Source of the DNA: Fimbriosthenelais zetlandica
Lineage: Eukaryota
Length of the DNA stretch: 64,000 nucleotides
Assembly: GCA_977030845.1 (NCBI GenBank)
Contig: OZ365111.1
Coordinates: 23,622,001-23,686,000 of the forward strand
Direction of reading: 5' to 3'
Made by a program: the position numbers and the translations under genes. Positions 26,647 to 38,538 of this stretch are shown here, one piece after another (position 1 is the stretch's first letter; the number at the start of each line of letters is the position of its first letter). A model generated the notes under the pieces. It worked only from the letters and a program-made list of their open reading frames with translations. It was not told the DNA's origin and ran no database searches.

Positions 26647-29600
26647 TAAAGAGATGGCGAGAAATCGGACTGGGAGGTATATTGGTTATATATTAAGTTG
26701 CTCTCCCATTTGCTCAGTCCTGCTCGCACCAGTCACGATCCGGCCCCAGCGACGCCTCCTCTACCTGTCTAATATCAACCTCTGGTCTTGTTTAGACGGG
26801 CGTGACGTAACTTAAATAGCTCCAGAAACCTTGCCCATCTCCTCCTAAATAGAACTTTAGATCAACAGAAGATGAGCTGGCTTCTCATTTTAAGTAAATA
26901 CTATAGACTTTCACAATACTTTTCGTCAAAGCTTAAATCATGGAGCCAAGGGTTCTTGCTTTCGAGCTTGCGTTCCATTAATTTGCTCCCGAGCTTGTGT
27001 TTCTTTTGCTTTCGAGCTTGTGTTTCTTTTGCTCTCGAGCTTGTGTTTCTTTTGCTCTCGAGCTTGTGTTTCTTTTGCTTTCGAGCTTGTGTTTCTTTTG
27101 CTCTCGAGCTTGTGTTTCTTTTGCTTTCGAGCTTGTGTTTCTTTGCTCCCGAGCTTGCGTTTCTTTTGCTCCCGAGCTTGCGTTCATTTTACCTCATGTG
27201 AGGGTCTAACCAACTGAGCTACACCGTCCGTGATTTTGAACAGCAAAGGAACTAATTAATGACACCATATAAATCACAAACTAATATTAGACGGAGGAGA
27301 TGAAGGCCGGCACAAAGGGGCTACCAATTATTTTGCCATTCAATCTTGAACAGTATACTGCAAGTCTTGGTCGCCCATTCAGATTAATTCATAACATATT
27401 ATGCTATTATAGTCACTTGAGTAGACTCATATACTTCAAACTCCTTTCTTATGGGGAGCAGCCAATTGTTGTTTTTACAGTATGTCTATATCATCCTAAT
27501 TCCCCACACATGTATGGCGAAGTGTGGATGCCATCCGCCCATCAACGACAGCTTTGTCCCCCTATGTTTTTTTCATTTCTTGAAACCATTTTTCAGCTGA
27601 ACTGGTAATTTGATAGTGCTCGCTTGCTATCATTTCCAACTTAAGGATAGCATTTTATATCAATCATGTCTCATGAACATCACAAGATATCAGAAGATGT
27701 CATCTATATCTTTCTTTTTATATTTAGCCATAACATTCTGAAGGGATCTTAAATGGTTTCTATGAAAGGGAAAGAAAAGAAATTAAACCGGGGCGACTTG
27801 GTTTTTTATGCATTAAACATTGTCCTAACATATCCCCTGGTCCCAGATGCTTAGTATGCTTAGTATAAGACTTAGTGTCTCATAAGTATGCAATACAAAA
27901 TTTAATAGTTACAATGACGAAAGTGGAAAGAAAAGCTAATGCAAGAATTTGCCAATTTCATTCAATGAACTGCAAATATAATCAGGAAGACCAATGGGAA
28001 CCGTCTGCATTTTTGCGCTTTGGAAAGGACTCGATTCAATTTTGCACCTCGAGGGCATTTATCTTAAGTCATCCAGAATTTGCAAACCCCATTTATTGAA
28101 TTGCAACTGGAAGTTGATAGAAAAATATTGGATTAGCTGCCTCTGATGTAGAATCATATTCAGACCAGGAGTGATGGGTCTGCCCCAAGCCACATCTATA
28201 CCCAGGTGTTCATATTCTGAACGAATCTAGGATGTATCTTTGAAGTTGCAACTTAATCAAACAAGTTATTTGTTTTATCTACTTTTTGCTAAAGGAGAAA
28301 CCTTTGAAGGGTAATGTACAGGGACTGCACTAAGCCGAAATTTGAAGAGATATCAGGAGAGAGAGAATATCATATTAGTCTCTTATCATATTAATATTAG
28401 TGGAGATGGTATTTCACCATATCGCTCCTCGGCTAGTGAATTATTGAATTGAGACTGGGTAGTTTCGGACTGAGGGCAATCTATGGGTCTATTTAGTCCA
28501 TCCTGAAGTCCAATCCTACCAGTCTCAATTTACGTTCGACAACGACCAAAATGATTGCGTGTACCCAACTCGGACTGGGGTCTCTAACTGCAGATTTGAG
28601 GCGCCTATATGAAAGGGCATTAACCAAGTATACTTCACTTCATATATGTATATATATATATAATATATGAAGTGGTAGAACTAGGGACTGGTCAACGTAA
28701 AAGCAGACCTGTCTATATAGGAACTAAACTGTTGTAACTGTACATTGTTACGACTTTGTTCTGATTAGATTTAAAAAAATATAAATTTAAGACATTAAAA
28801 CCTGCACTGCACATTTCGTGACAAGGATCAGACCTTTAGACCATGCTTGCAGGGATATAATGTATTGAAGGCCATGACAAATGATATATACCGAAACCAG
28901 GAGCCTGGCAAGTGAGAAGTTAGATCACCAGAGGCTGAGGTAAACTGGCATAGATCCCGCCCTGTGAGAGCAGGGGTAAGGATGTCAGCTGGGAGGGGCA
29001 GGAGGTCGATTGGTATATAGGTTCTGGGGCCTGTTTCATAACCAAGATGCGCTGCATCAGTCAATGGTGAGTATGGACGGCTAATGCAGCACATTCTGAG
29101 ACAACCCCCCAGGTCAGCTTATCATAATGCTCTCTGGGCCTATAAGTGAACCCATCGCATCCAGGCAAGTCTTAATAGTTTTGTGGCCGAGACAGACAGG
29201 CCGATTGGTGATTGATTTTTACAGGCATTTGGAACTGTTTTATTCAAAGTTTCAGCGAAATGGGAACTATACGTATACATGTAGACCTATGTATTCCAGT
29301 GAAACATATCCATATTTTAGCAGGTTGAGAGATTCAATTATATTAAATTTTGTTTACAAGTCATACAAGTTATATCCTCTTCCAATTATCAAGATGAAAA
29401 GAAATGGTTCGTCTACAGGCCTCTCACCATGACTGAAAATTCTTTTTACATGCCTCTCACAATGGAAGTAATAGTAACTCTTCCTTTATACTTCTCTATC
29501 CACAGATAATGGGATACTTGGCTGCATGGTGTTAACTGATACATAATCAATCGGACAGTGTGGACGCGGTAGATATTTTAATACACTACACCTTCCGAAG

Positions 29601-32600
29601 GGTGAAGTAGGTGGCCAGTGTTATCAATAAGCTAATGTCAGTTATAGGTTAGGGTGTGGATAAATACTTGGTCAGACATTTCAGATTACCCATCAATTAT
29701 ATGGCGAGATGGTTATACATGTTATCGGCATATTTTGGTACGCCTCCTTGAAGTTGGTAACCAGTAGCCACTGAATAAATCTGAGCTTTCTGGGATATAA
29801 TTTATGTTCCTTCAGATGCAGAAGGATAAACAGGCACTTGGGTGATAATGGGCGAAGTAATATTTTTTATACGCAATTAATTTGATTTAGCTCCTAATAT
29901 TTTCAGCTATTTTCTGGATGATAGAAGCAATGTGTAATAGGTATAAACTAGCTCAAGGCCAGTTGGTGAAAACCAATCGTTTAAGAATTACAAACATTTT
30001 TAAAAATGCGTCTTACTGCTTCACTGGAGACAAATACAAGCAGGAAGCTGCCTGTCTCAAAATAACACTGTTGATGACCATGCATGCATTGTCATAAAAC
30101 GGCACTTACTTCTGGAGAATTGTCGCAAAATGTCAGTTGCTTCTGATGGAAATTGTCGCAAAATTCTACAGTTATTGAACAGTAAATGCCCGAAAAAGCC
30201 ACTTCTGATAAATAATAGGACATGGCAAATGACAATGCAGGTGGCAAAAGACATCCTAGATTTTCTCACCAGGTACCATGCATGTGGAACCCTGCATAAT
30301 TATGAAGCCATAATCCATATGCATGGGCCCAATGCAAGGAGGAAAATCAATTTGATCAACCCAGAATAGACATACATCAAAACTTTAGCTATCAGATCTA
30401 TATAGCTGTTTTCACCCCACTTTTTTCAGGGTACCTAGTACTGGAATGAACCCTGATAAATTCTGTTAGTGTTTTCTTCCTGGGTAATTGAAAGAAAACA
30501 ACTTTTCTTCCGGCACCAATGATCTTTCCGCCTGTATTTTGTTGTTGTAGAAAATTGGATTCCAGGCGTGATGTTTTGGATTCTTAATCAAAAACATCGT
30601 TTATTTCGTGGGTGTCTCACTTAGCTTTGGTGATATAGTTTGGTATGAAGTTGGGTTTAAAATTTTACATGAGCATTAAACAAAAAAAAATTATCATTTC
30701 TCTCACAAGGCATTCAAACTTCATAATTAAATTTTCAGCATGCCGCCAAACAAAGATCTCACGATTGTTATAGAAGGGTTTCAATGTTTTATACAAAGAT
30801 CCCAAGCTTGTTGCTGCTGGATCAGGGATAGAAAACATGTCTTTAAAAATAAAAAAAGAAAGCAACAGAAAAGGTAGTAAATCTCAACATTCACCAAACA
30901 CTAATTGCATAAAACGTGAAGAAACCAAGCAACGTCTTGCTTTGCAACATCTACAGTATCTACGCTCTGCAGGACTCTGAGAGGAAAATAAACATTGGCC
31001 CTCTCTGAGCAGGCGTGATAACTAACAGTGGGGGCATATATACTGGGCTGATTCCCTATCAATTACAAGATGAATCTCCAGCCTGCTGCTTATGTCAGAT
31101 GCACTGGGTTTGATAGCTCTTATGGTAGCAGGATCTTGGGCCCAAGTCCAAGCACCATGATAGTCTGGGGAGAAAACGAATGGCTTGCAGCCTCTGTATA
31201 GGCCTGGAGAGAGGGGGTCTGGGGGTGAAAACCCGCCGGAATTTCTGGTCTGTACATGGTCTGGGGAGAAAATAAATCTGTCAGCGTCTATAATGACCAG
31301 TTCCACCATTTGGTCGACACGAGCTCAAAATATCGAAAATAATTTAAAATGGTTCAAGTCAAATAATCTTCATTATATATGTACCTACTGCCTATGTGCA
31401 TCGGTTGGCAAAGTTTGGCAGCTTAATTCCAAAAACTGTACAAATGACAGGATATTAACGAAATCTCCATTGAAATAGCATTGTCTCCATAATATGATGC
31501 AGGGAAAATGCATAATAAATTAATAAAACACATATTATATAAGACATGTGGGACAAAATATAAAAAGGCAAGTTAAAATAGTTAAATTCAGTAATAAATC
31601 TATTAGGCATAGGAAATTATATGAGACATTTTCCTCTGCAATTTCTTCCAAGATTTCTCAATATATTCTGCTTAAAATATCATCTCAATTAATTGATAAT
31701 TTACAGTGTCCCCATAACGTGATGCATCACGTTATGGTGACATTGATTTTTCCCTGTCAATTATCCATAATTAGAGAAAACATTGAATATTATTATGTGA
31801 AGGTGTTAGGGTGAATTATAAGCTTCAATATCACACAGCCTTTCACTGATCTAATAAATAAACTGTTTATAACAGACATTTAACCGTGCATCACGTTATG
31901 GAGACATAGCCTACCCCAAAAATATTTGTTAGTCCATATTGAGGGTCCTAGAGCCAGAAATCCATGAAATTTGAAATTTGAAATTTAATTATATTATAGT
32001 AATACTATACTAAGTGTGTACATACACCAAAGTCATATTACCTATTTTTCTTCATTTTTGCATCGTAGTACAGATTAAAATACATAGGCATCACGTTATG
32101 GCGACATAATCTGCCCCAAAATACTTTAATTCAAAATTACAGTTAAAAATAGGTTTAGTTGATTTTTAAATATTGTTTATTGATTTTTTTTATATTTCAT
32201 ACAGTACCAGTCATAATTTATGTTCTATTTATTAAGGTAAAACAAATAATTTTTAATTCATCTTCTATTACTTTTAGATACTTTGGTCAAAGCTCCATTT
32301 TCAGCTCCATTTTAGGCCTTAAAATGCAGTTATTTAGTATTTTCTCAAAGAAAAATAGTCTGAAAATACATGAAAGTAGGGTACCCCCAGCTTAAAAAAC
32401 GCTGATAAAATCATTGGAATGGGTTAAAATAGTGAGGAAATGATATTTCTCATGAATAAATCATATTGTTTATTATGGATGGAGTGTCGACCAAATGGTG
32501 GAACTGGTCCTATGTACTCTGGATTTTTCGCCCTAAGCAATAATATGTAGGCACAGTGATTAGCCCGAATCGGTTTGATGCAGCCTCTGCAGGCCTTGAT

Positions 32601-34366
32601 AGGGTCTTGACACTTGATGAATTTTGGACTACCAAAGCCCCACTCATGTGAGCCTAAAATATTTTATATAGGAAATATACCTATAGTAAAGCTTTAAAAT
32701 CATATTATTATTATTATATGCTATTTAAAATGGTCCCTAAATTACACTCGTCCCCTTTGGCAATGCTGGACCCGTATAGAGGCCTGCAGCTCTCCATGCA
32801 GAAGTTAAGCCAGAAAAGCTTTGCCTTCATCCATCACTCATTGTCCATATTTGATGTGTTCAAAAGACACAAGTTAAACTCAGGAGATTTGCCACGTCTA
32901 TAATGCCCAGACAGACTTGGGCCATGTGTCACTTTGACGTGGCATGATCTTCAAGGTGGAAGGGAAGGGAAAGAAATTGCAAATGGAAAAGCAGAGGCTG
33001 GTTTGAAATGACTCATCAAAATGCAATTCCTACTGCATAAACAGTCTGATCAGTCACATTTGACGGACACTTTTCTTCCCGGAAATCCATAATGAAGTTG
33101 ATCAAAATTCCAGATTTAAAATGGATTAAAACTTTCTGAAAAGTTCTTCTAATCCCTTATCATCAATTGCAACATGACGCAAGAAACCATAGGTCTTCTG
33201 CTCGGAGTCTATATTCTTTACATTAGTCAATCTTTGAGTGACACTACTATATGAGATCCTATTAAAGGGCCACACCAAGAAAACGTCAAGGGGACGTGTC
33301 ATCAGAAAAAATAGCCTCACAGAATATTGGCTAAAGTAGCTCATCTTTCTTATGAAACAGGCCCCGGACGATCGGTCCATTATAGGCATCCAATGGGCTT
33401 GTTTCATAACAATTCTTTAACCTATGTGAACATGTCATGATATTCTGTACAGTCAGACTGAGACATTTCTAGTCTTTTCCTCTGACACATCCAAAATTAT
33501 GAACATTTCTGAGCATCAACAATGAAGCCTTTTCACTGGGAATCCATACAGTTGTCGGTGACAAGAAGTGGCTTCCACGGACGGGTGGGTATAAGCTGGG
33601 CCCCGATGATCTATCCCCTATTGTTGCTGCACAACAAAAGTAAAGCCGACAGAGAGGAGATCATACAAAAGGGTCTGTCATATACACTGTCACCAACAAA
33701 TGTATGTCCACTTTAACAAAGAAGAATTTAAGTAAAAAGCGACAGCTTTACTGATGCATCATCGTGATAGGAATTCTTGTGACATAGATCTCTTTTTTTT
33801 TTTTATCAATAATACCTCAAGGTATTAATGTGAAAATCAGTGGTAAAAAATATTAGGCTGTACAAATAATTTTGGGCGATACTGTAGATCCTATTCTTAT
33901 CCCAATAGATCGATGCTTTCTTCATGGACAATGGGATCAAGACAGGACACAATGGAGGCTAGTTTACCTGGATAATCTCCTTAGGTAAACATATATTTAT
34001 CCCATCAAGGAAATAGATTCTATATAATAATAGCTTAAATGGTCTCTCCGGCCCATAGGTAACTTGACAAGACAAAATAAATATATTTCCAGGGGTAAGT
34101 TTCATATTAATAGTTATATAGTTAATATAGTTACGCGATATTCGCCAATGAAATTCGACAGACCTATTTAAAGCATCTTTCTTCTGAAATGGACCCAGAG
34201 AAACAATGATGTGAAAGAAGTTAATAAATAAAAGTATATAACTTACCAGAATGGTTGGTCATTTTACAGCAGACTTTGAATGGGTCCCTGGCAAGAGTTG
34301 GCTGAATCATGATGTAGTAATATCCAGGGTATTTCATGCCTCCGCTCTCGTACACGTATTGGCAAT
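8828..34366 (-). CDS. Fibrinogen-related domain (FReD/FBG) protein, angiopoietin-like/fibrinogen-like; last three exons, 5' end not located
   Basis: Three phase-1 GT-AG-bounded exons (34247-34366, 24620-24757, 8828-9267) splice into one ~232-aa frame: [10 protein letters not shown]...IQP...FKVCCKM...[38 protein letters not shown]...LRIEMTDW...FSTYDRDND...NCA...[15 protein letters not shown]...GIQW...MMLKP, the canonical FBG domain signature. Confidence 0.93.
10561..10701. other. Assembly gap (run of N) inside a CT-rich low-complexity tract
   Basis: 141 consecutive N flanked by CT/ACTC simple sequence. Confidence 0.99.
11240..11430 (+). mobile_element. Possible highly decayed LTR-retrotransposon reverse transcriptase fragment
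   Basis: Across a frameshift and stops: GCKYCVLDF...PLGHFSY...[11 protein letters not shown]. Spacing of ~40 aa between LD and PFG resembles Ty3/gypsy RT; judged by eye only. Confidence 0.25.
12689..12883. repeat. Poly-C run plus CT-rich low-complexity tract
   Basis: Long C homopolymer followed by pyrimidine-only sequence. Confidence 0.9.
14070..14787. repeat. Minisatellite, 64-70 bp units with a conserved core and two alternating linker types
   Basis: Core CCACTGTATTCC...TTTAATGTCCCATCAC starts at 14070, 14200, 14265, 14331, 14401, 14465, 14532, 14602, 14668 and 14738. Confidence 0.92.
15546..15730. repeat. GA/G-rich low-complexity tract
   Basis: Poly-G, (GA)n and GGGA repeats. Confidence 0.9.
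16959..17156. mobile_element. ~200-bp MITE with TTAA ends (Kolobok/piggyBac-type target)
   Basis: TTAAAGTGACACTCTCACCG ... CAGTGATAGAGTCGCTTTAA imperfect terminal inverted repeats. Confidence 0.55.
17990..18125. repeat. Degenerate (ACTC)n simple repeat
   Basis: Repeated CACTCA/ACTCAC motifs. Confidence 0.8.
20480..20574. mobile_element. Small inverted-repeat element (MITE-like)
   Basis: Perfect 18-bp inverted repeat TTTGCAGTCATCGGGCAC (20480-20497) / GTGCCCGATGACTGCAAA (20557-20574) around an AT-rich core. Confidence 0.7.
20680..20815. mobile_element. MITE with GGAGCATTT termini and GACGAC/TGACGT-rich interior
   Basis: AAGGAGCATTTAGTTTTC ... GAAAAACGAAATGCTCCCT imperfect TIRs. Confidence 0.65.
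22101..22262. repeat. 162-bp near-perfect palindrome (foldback/MITE-like)
   Basis: Stems of 12, 12, 17, 25 and 5 bp separated by 2x2 TC/TC loops (one 3x3 loop), with a central AA loop in GTGGC-AA-GCCAC. Confidence 0.92.
24620..24757 (-). CDS. FReD gene internal exon (GWTLIQRR...QITNQG)
   Basis: Acceptor catccacag|GT, donor CAAG|gtaagt, 138 nt, phase 1-1. Confidence 0.95.
25672..25751. mobile_element. 80-bp MITE of a family with GGGGCCYGTTTCATAA termini
   Basis: GGGCCCGTTCCATAA ... TTATGAACCAGGCCCC. Exact GGGGCCTGTTTCATAA also occurs at 29026 (+), 33350 (-) and 46723 (+), with variants near 20002, 37670-37845 and 22401. Confidence 0.6.
26140..26643. repeat. Purine-rich tract ending in a pure (GA)n microsatellite (~26579-26643)
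   Basis: Direct reading: GGGA, GAAA, (GT)n and about 32 GA units. Confidence 0.95.
26957..27190. repeat. 23-bp tandem minisatellite, about 10 copies
   Basis: Unit TTTGCTYTCGAGCTTGTGTTTCT; explains the spurious repetitive ORFs at 26872-27217. Confidence 0.95.
31295..32509. mobile_element. 1.2-kb non-autonomous DNA transposon
   Basis: Perfect 26-bp TIR GACCAGTTCCACCATTTGGTCGACAC (31295-31320) / reverse complement (32484-32509). AT-rich non-coding interior with three CATCACGTTATGGNGACAT repeats (~31726, ~31889, ~32089). Confidence 0.85.
34247..34366 (-). CDS. FReD gene internal exon (start of FBG domain, DCQYVY...KMTNHSG); missed by the ORF track
   Basis: Acceptor ataatttcag|AT, donor TCTG|gtaagt, 120 nt, phase 1-1, joins in frame to the 24757 exon. 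Confidence 0.9.
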
Positions 34367-37300
34367 CTGAAATTATCCAAAGTGAATTTTTAGGGATGAT
34401 GAAATGAAAAACAATTTTCTATAGCAGATTTAAACTCAAAATAATATTCTTTCAAGATACTGAGGAGGATCCATTATATTGGGCACCTCTGATTGAGTAA
34501 CATCCAGCCGAATCCTTCGAAAATATCAGAAATATTCTTCTATTATGTCTATGATCATATCTCTCCTTCAACTGTTCACAGATAGCAGTATAATGCCTAT
34601 ATGGGATTCTATTGCTTAAAACCCATGTAGAGTATTACAACGTTGATAGTTTTCAACATTTCCAATAGTATAGCTTTCAGACTTCTCTTTGAAAACCCGC
34701 AGATTTCTTCGTCCTTTTTTGAACGTCCAAGATTTCCATTTGGTGTAAAGGTATATTTAAAATTGTCTGTACCTTGTTCTACCTTCTTTTAAGAATAACA
34801 TTCCTTTTAATACCCTTTCAGTTCTAACTATTTTCAAAGCAGAAAGAACTTTGCAAAACAAGTCTGAAAAACTACAAAAGCAGATATAACTTCCCCACAC
34901 AGTCTGTAGCTGTCTGGGGACGTTAAAAGACTTGGTCTTGTGCGTTTTTAACACAAGGAGATTTTAAAAGAGTTTTCTTTAATGAGTCTGTATAGTAGCT
35001 CAGTCACAGGGAATACGAGTCTCTCTCATAACAGACCACTGATCTTACACTGTCACCAAAATTAATTTGCACACTGTATAATAATTACAATTTTTAGGCA
35101 GTGATTTTGACGTCAATCCCCAACAAACTGTTCTATGACAGGATAACAGTTTTCAAAAATACCTAAGCGTATCACAAAAGGTTATAATCAGGAATCGAGT
35201 GTTGTAACTATCCCTTTGCTAACCATGCATACGCATCGGCATTGATATGGAATGAGGGGAATGAATGTTATTAAAACATTTTTGACTTATGTCTAGAAAA
35301 GTAATGTTCGAAGTTGACAAATATTTTTTATCATACTGTAGGTAGGGTTTTCATCCGATATATATATGGTTAGAACTCCTCCAGACCACACACTGCGCAG
35401 TATAAGTCTCACATCTCTATATACTGTGCTCCTCAATATTATTCTAGCCCCCAGTGGATCATAGATGTTCATTCAGTAATGCACCTGTTATAACTTGCAA
35501 GTACTCTAAATATATACCCACTCTTTGCTTGACGATGGGGTTGAATAATTACATTCTCTAGATAGACACCCGACTGATAACTCAAAGGTTGATAATAATA
35601 AATTTTTGGCAAGTTTAACATAAAACTCGGCAACCAACCAATTGACCGATGGAAATTTATTAAAAACATTATGGAGCGGATCATCTGGTATACCAGGACT
35701 TGAGTAGGATCAGGACCAGATTTTTAACAAATTTGCCATGTCTGTAATGGAACACGTTTTCATGATACATCCCCTTGATTTAATACACACATCTGATTTC
35801 CTACACATGTGTAACTAATTTAGAAATAAATAAACTGTATATATACTCCCAGCATTTCCTGCTCAATGAACGGTTTCGGCAAGTGCAAACCTCTATCTCA
35901 CGTCATGGGCAGTTACGTCAGTAGCCCAGACACCGCTACTGACGTTGATGAGTAGCAAGTCGTCTGACGGAAAGGCAGTTACATTTCTCTTAGTCTGGCC
36001 TGAGCTAGACTTGCTCAAGATTTAAAAAAAAAGATTTAATGTACGAGATTGAGTCAATTCCACCAAGAAAAACTGGTTTGCTCTAACGGATGCACGTAGA
36101 TCTCCCTGCACATATATAATTCTTGTGAGTGAATATTTCTGAATGTTTTAAGCCCAGTCAGCTTTTTTAAAGCACTTTAGACACACAATAACCTGCTTAT
36201 CTCTAAATCACCAATGTCATCTGTACTACCTAATCCACAGGCCCATGCACGCTTGAATCATACTAAAGAAAAGGCAGGGAAGAATTTTCCAAAACGTCCT
36301 AAAAAAAGGACAGGTCCCAGACTCGAGCAAATCTCGGTAACGAGCTGCTCCTGGAACTGCCTCTGACTCGGGCTCGTACACCTGGAGAACAATGATTACT
36401 TTGCCAGCCCATTCTCCAAGCATTCCTACCCAGCAAAGAAACTCTCTTCACAATAAATCCTGCCAGAACTTTATTCCTCCCCGCCCTGCTGTCCATGTTC
36501 CTTCCTTTAAGTTACTTTCTCGCTCTCCCTGTCTGAAGTGTATCTTTCTCTGTCTGTCGGGGTGTCTGTCTCTCTCATTCATTAACCTATCTTTCACTTT
36601 TCTCTCTACCCTCTAAGGTAAAAGAAGATTTCCTGTCATGTTTTTGACTAATATTTTACTGAAAATTATTTTTCTTTTCTCTAGTATCGACCTGAAATCA
36701 ATTAACATATATTCTGAGCTATATATAATCGTGTGTTTTCTAACTATAATGTTGGATATCATGCACCAATAAGGTTCCAGGTATGTGTGCTATTCTCGTG
36801 AACCATGCAGTTTGTAACAGTTGTCCACTTGCGTTTATTACTTCCAGAATGAGAAGTTAACTTCTCGTTCTGGAAGAACTATAGTCTACCAGATCCCAGG
36901 TCTCTCCCTTGCAAGAACCTTGAGACCGCCTTTTGGCTAGCCTTACCGTGAACTCAACCGAGGTCCCTAGCTTTACAGTCGGTAGGTGTTTGATACCTTT
37001 CTCGTTACAAAACAGGCAAAATTCGCAAGACTTTTGACGGTTGGTCAGCGAGGGGAGGTCCGTCCAGCCAAATCAGCTCCTTTGCTTCTTGCATTTTTGA
37101 GGTGTTTTCTGTAAGCGAGTCTAAAGTCGCACAGGGCCATTCGATGCTATTGGCCTGAAAGCACTGTGTACAAGCCACTTATATCTCACCTTTACGACTT
37201 TAAACTCATTTAATGAAAACGGGTGACATATTGTTGGATGGAGGCTAGCAAACTTCATCATTGATCACTACATTAGTTTTAGCGCTTGGGCAAGTATACA

Positions 37301-38000
37301 AGCATACATGTGCTACAATGAAACACATTTCATTTCCATCACTATCTAAAATTTCTAACAGGGGACTCACCATCTCCATCCTTTTCCTCCTGCTTCCAAT
37401 CATTCCTATAATAATCTCTTTGAATTCTCTCATGCCCTTCTCTGAGTTCTCCCAGTCACCCTGTCTTACTTAGCCACTCTCCCATTCACTATACCACCCT
37501 CACCCTCCCTTATACTTTCTCCTATACCATCTCTCCCATCCCCCATGTTCTCCACTGTCTCTTATATTCTCCCGAGCACACCATTTCCCTTTCCTCCAGC
37601 CATCTCTCCCCTCTGTCCTTAACCCTGTGTCTCATCCCCTCCGAATCTCATCATCTCCTTTCTAATTGGGGTATGTTTCATAAAATATTTTCAATAATTT
37701 ACTAATTTCTCGCATACCCTTATTTGGGGCAATTTTCATAAAATATTTCAGAATATTATCTGTCACCCTTTTGGGGACATTCTATCTACAACTATCACTT
37801 GCACCATCACCATATCTCTTTCTGTGTTTGGGGCATGTTTCATAAAAATATTTCCATACCTACATACCCGCCCCCACCACACAGACACTCACCTCAGTAA
37901 TTTCCAATACCCATCACACTATTCGTAGCGTTATTAAATATTTCTACCACTATTTCCCATCTGTCATCTTACACCCTCCAAACAAAATTTAAGTTTAAAA

Positions 38001-38340
38001 TTTTTTTTTTTGTGAGTTAGTCTTAGTCAACCGGATCCATTCACCCTGGCATATCAACCCTGGCAAGGCTACACACTTGATAACCAACTGATCACTGTGG
38101 CGAATCGCTCCATGGCCGTACACACATATGATCAGTGCAAGTGTTCCACCTCTACGGATTGAACGCGGGCCCACGCAAATCATGCTATGATCAGAACGTG
38201 GGGGACTTCACCAGTCTTTCACTTGAAACTTACAGACGGGACCACTACCATGGCTGTTGTGGGGGTTCGAACCCATGAGTCTGTTAAAACTTACATCAGA
38301 CTACCAGTGCCCTTGACCACTGGGCCAACGAGAACAGCCA
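38001..38340 (-). mobile_element. tRNA-derived SINE, ~340 bp
   Basis: Minus strand: A-box TGGCCCAGTGG, B-box GGGTTCGAACC, unique body, 3' poly(A) (T-run at 38001-38011 on plus). No TSD seen. Confidence 0.8.
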
Positions 38341-38538
38341 TTAGAGGTAGTAAACCAAATGGTAATATTTCCAGAACCTCCCCAACCGCGGAGGTTGATT
38401 ATTCTACTGACCAGACACATTAAGCTGATACATTCGGTAGTTTTTAAAAGTTTTAAATTATGAATTGATATTAAATATATTTTCCTTTTCACCGTCGCTT
38501 CTCATGTACCACAATTTGTTGAACACCAACAGATCCAA

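Noticed and set aside
26081-27217. Long ORFs up to 207 aa ([23 protein letters not shown] repeats)
   Set aside because: Translations of (GA)n and the 23-bp minisatellite; the same applies to ORFs at 10286, 12641, 15470, 40481 and 45453.
35469-35684. ORF with YQSGVY...IIQP...FRV resembling the FReD N-terminal motif (duplicate or alternative exon)
   Set aside because: It lacks the DC and YC cysteines, and the available splice sites give phase 0-2 rather than the required 1-1; likely coincidence.
36226-36423. Minus-strand ORF as the next upstream FReD exon
   Set aside because: An acceptor exists at 36382, but the peptide has no coiled-coil or linker character and the only phase-1 donor is weak and gives an atypical junction.
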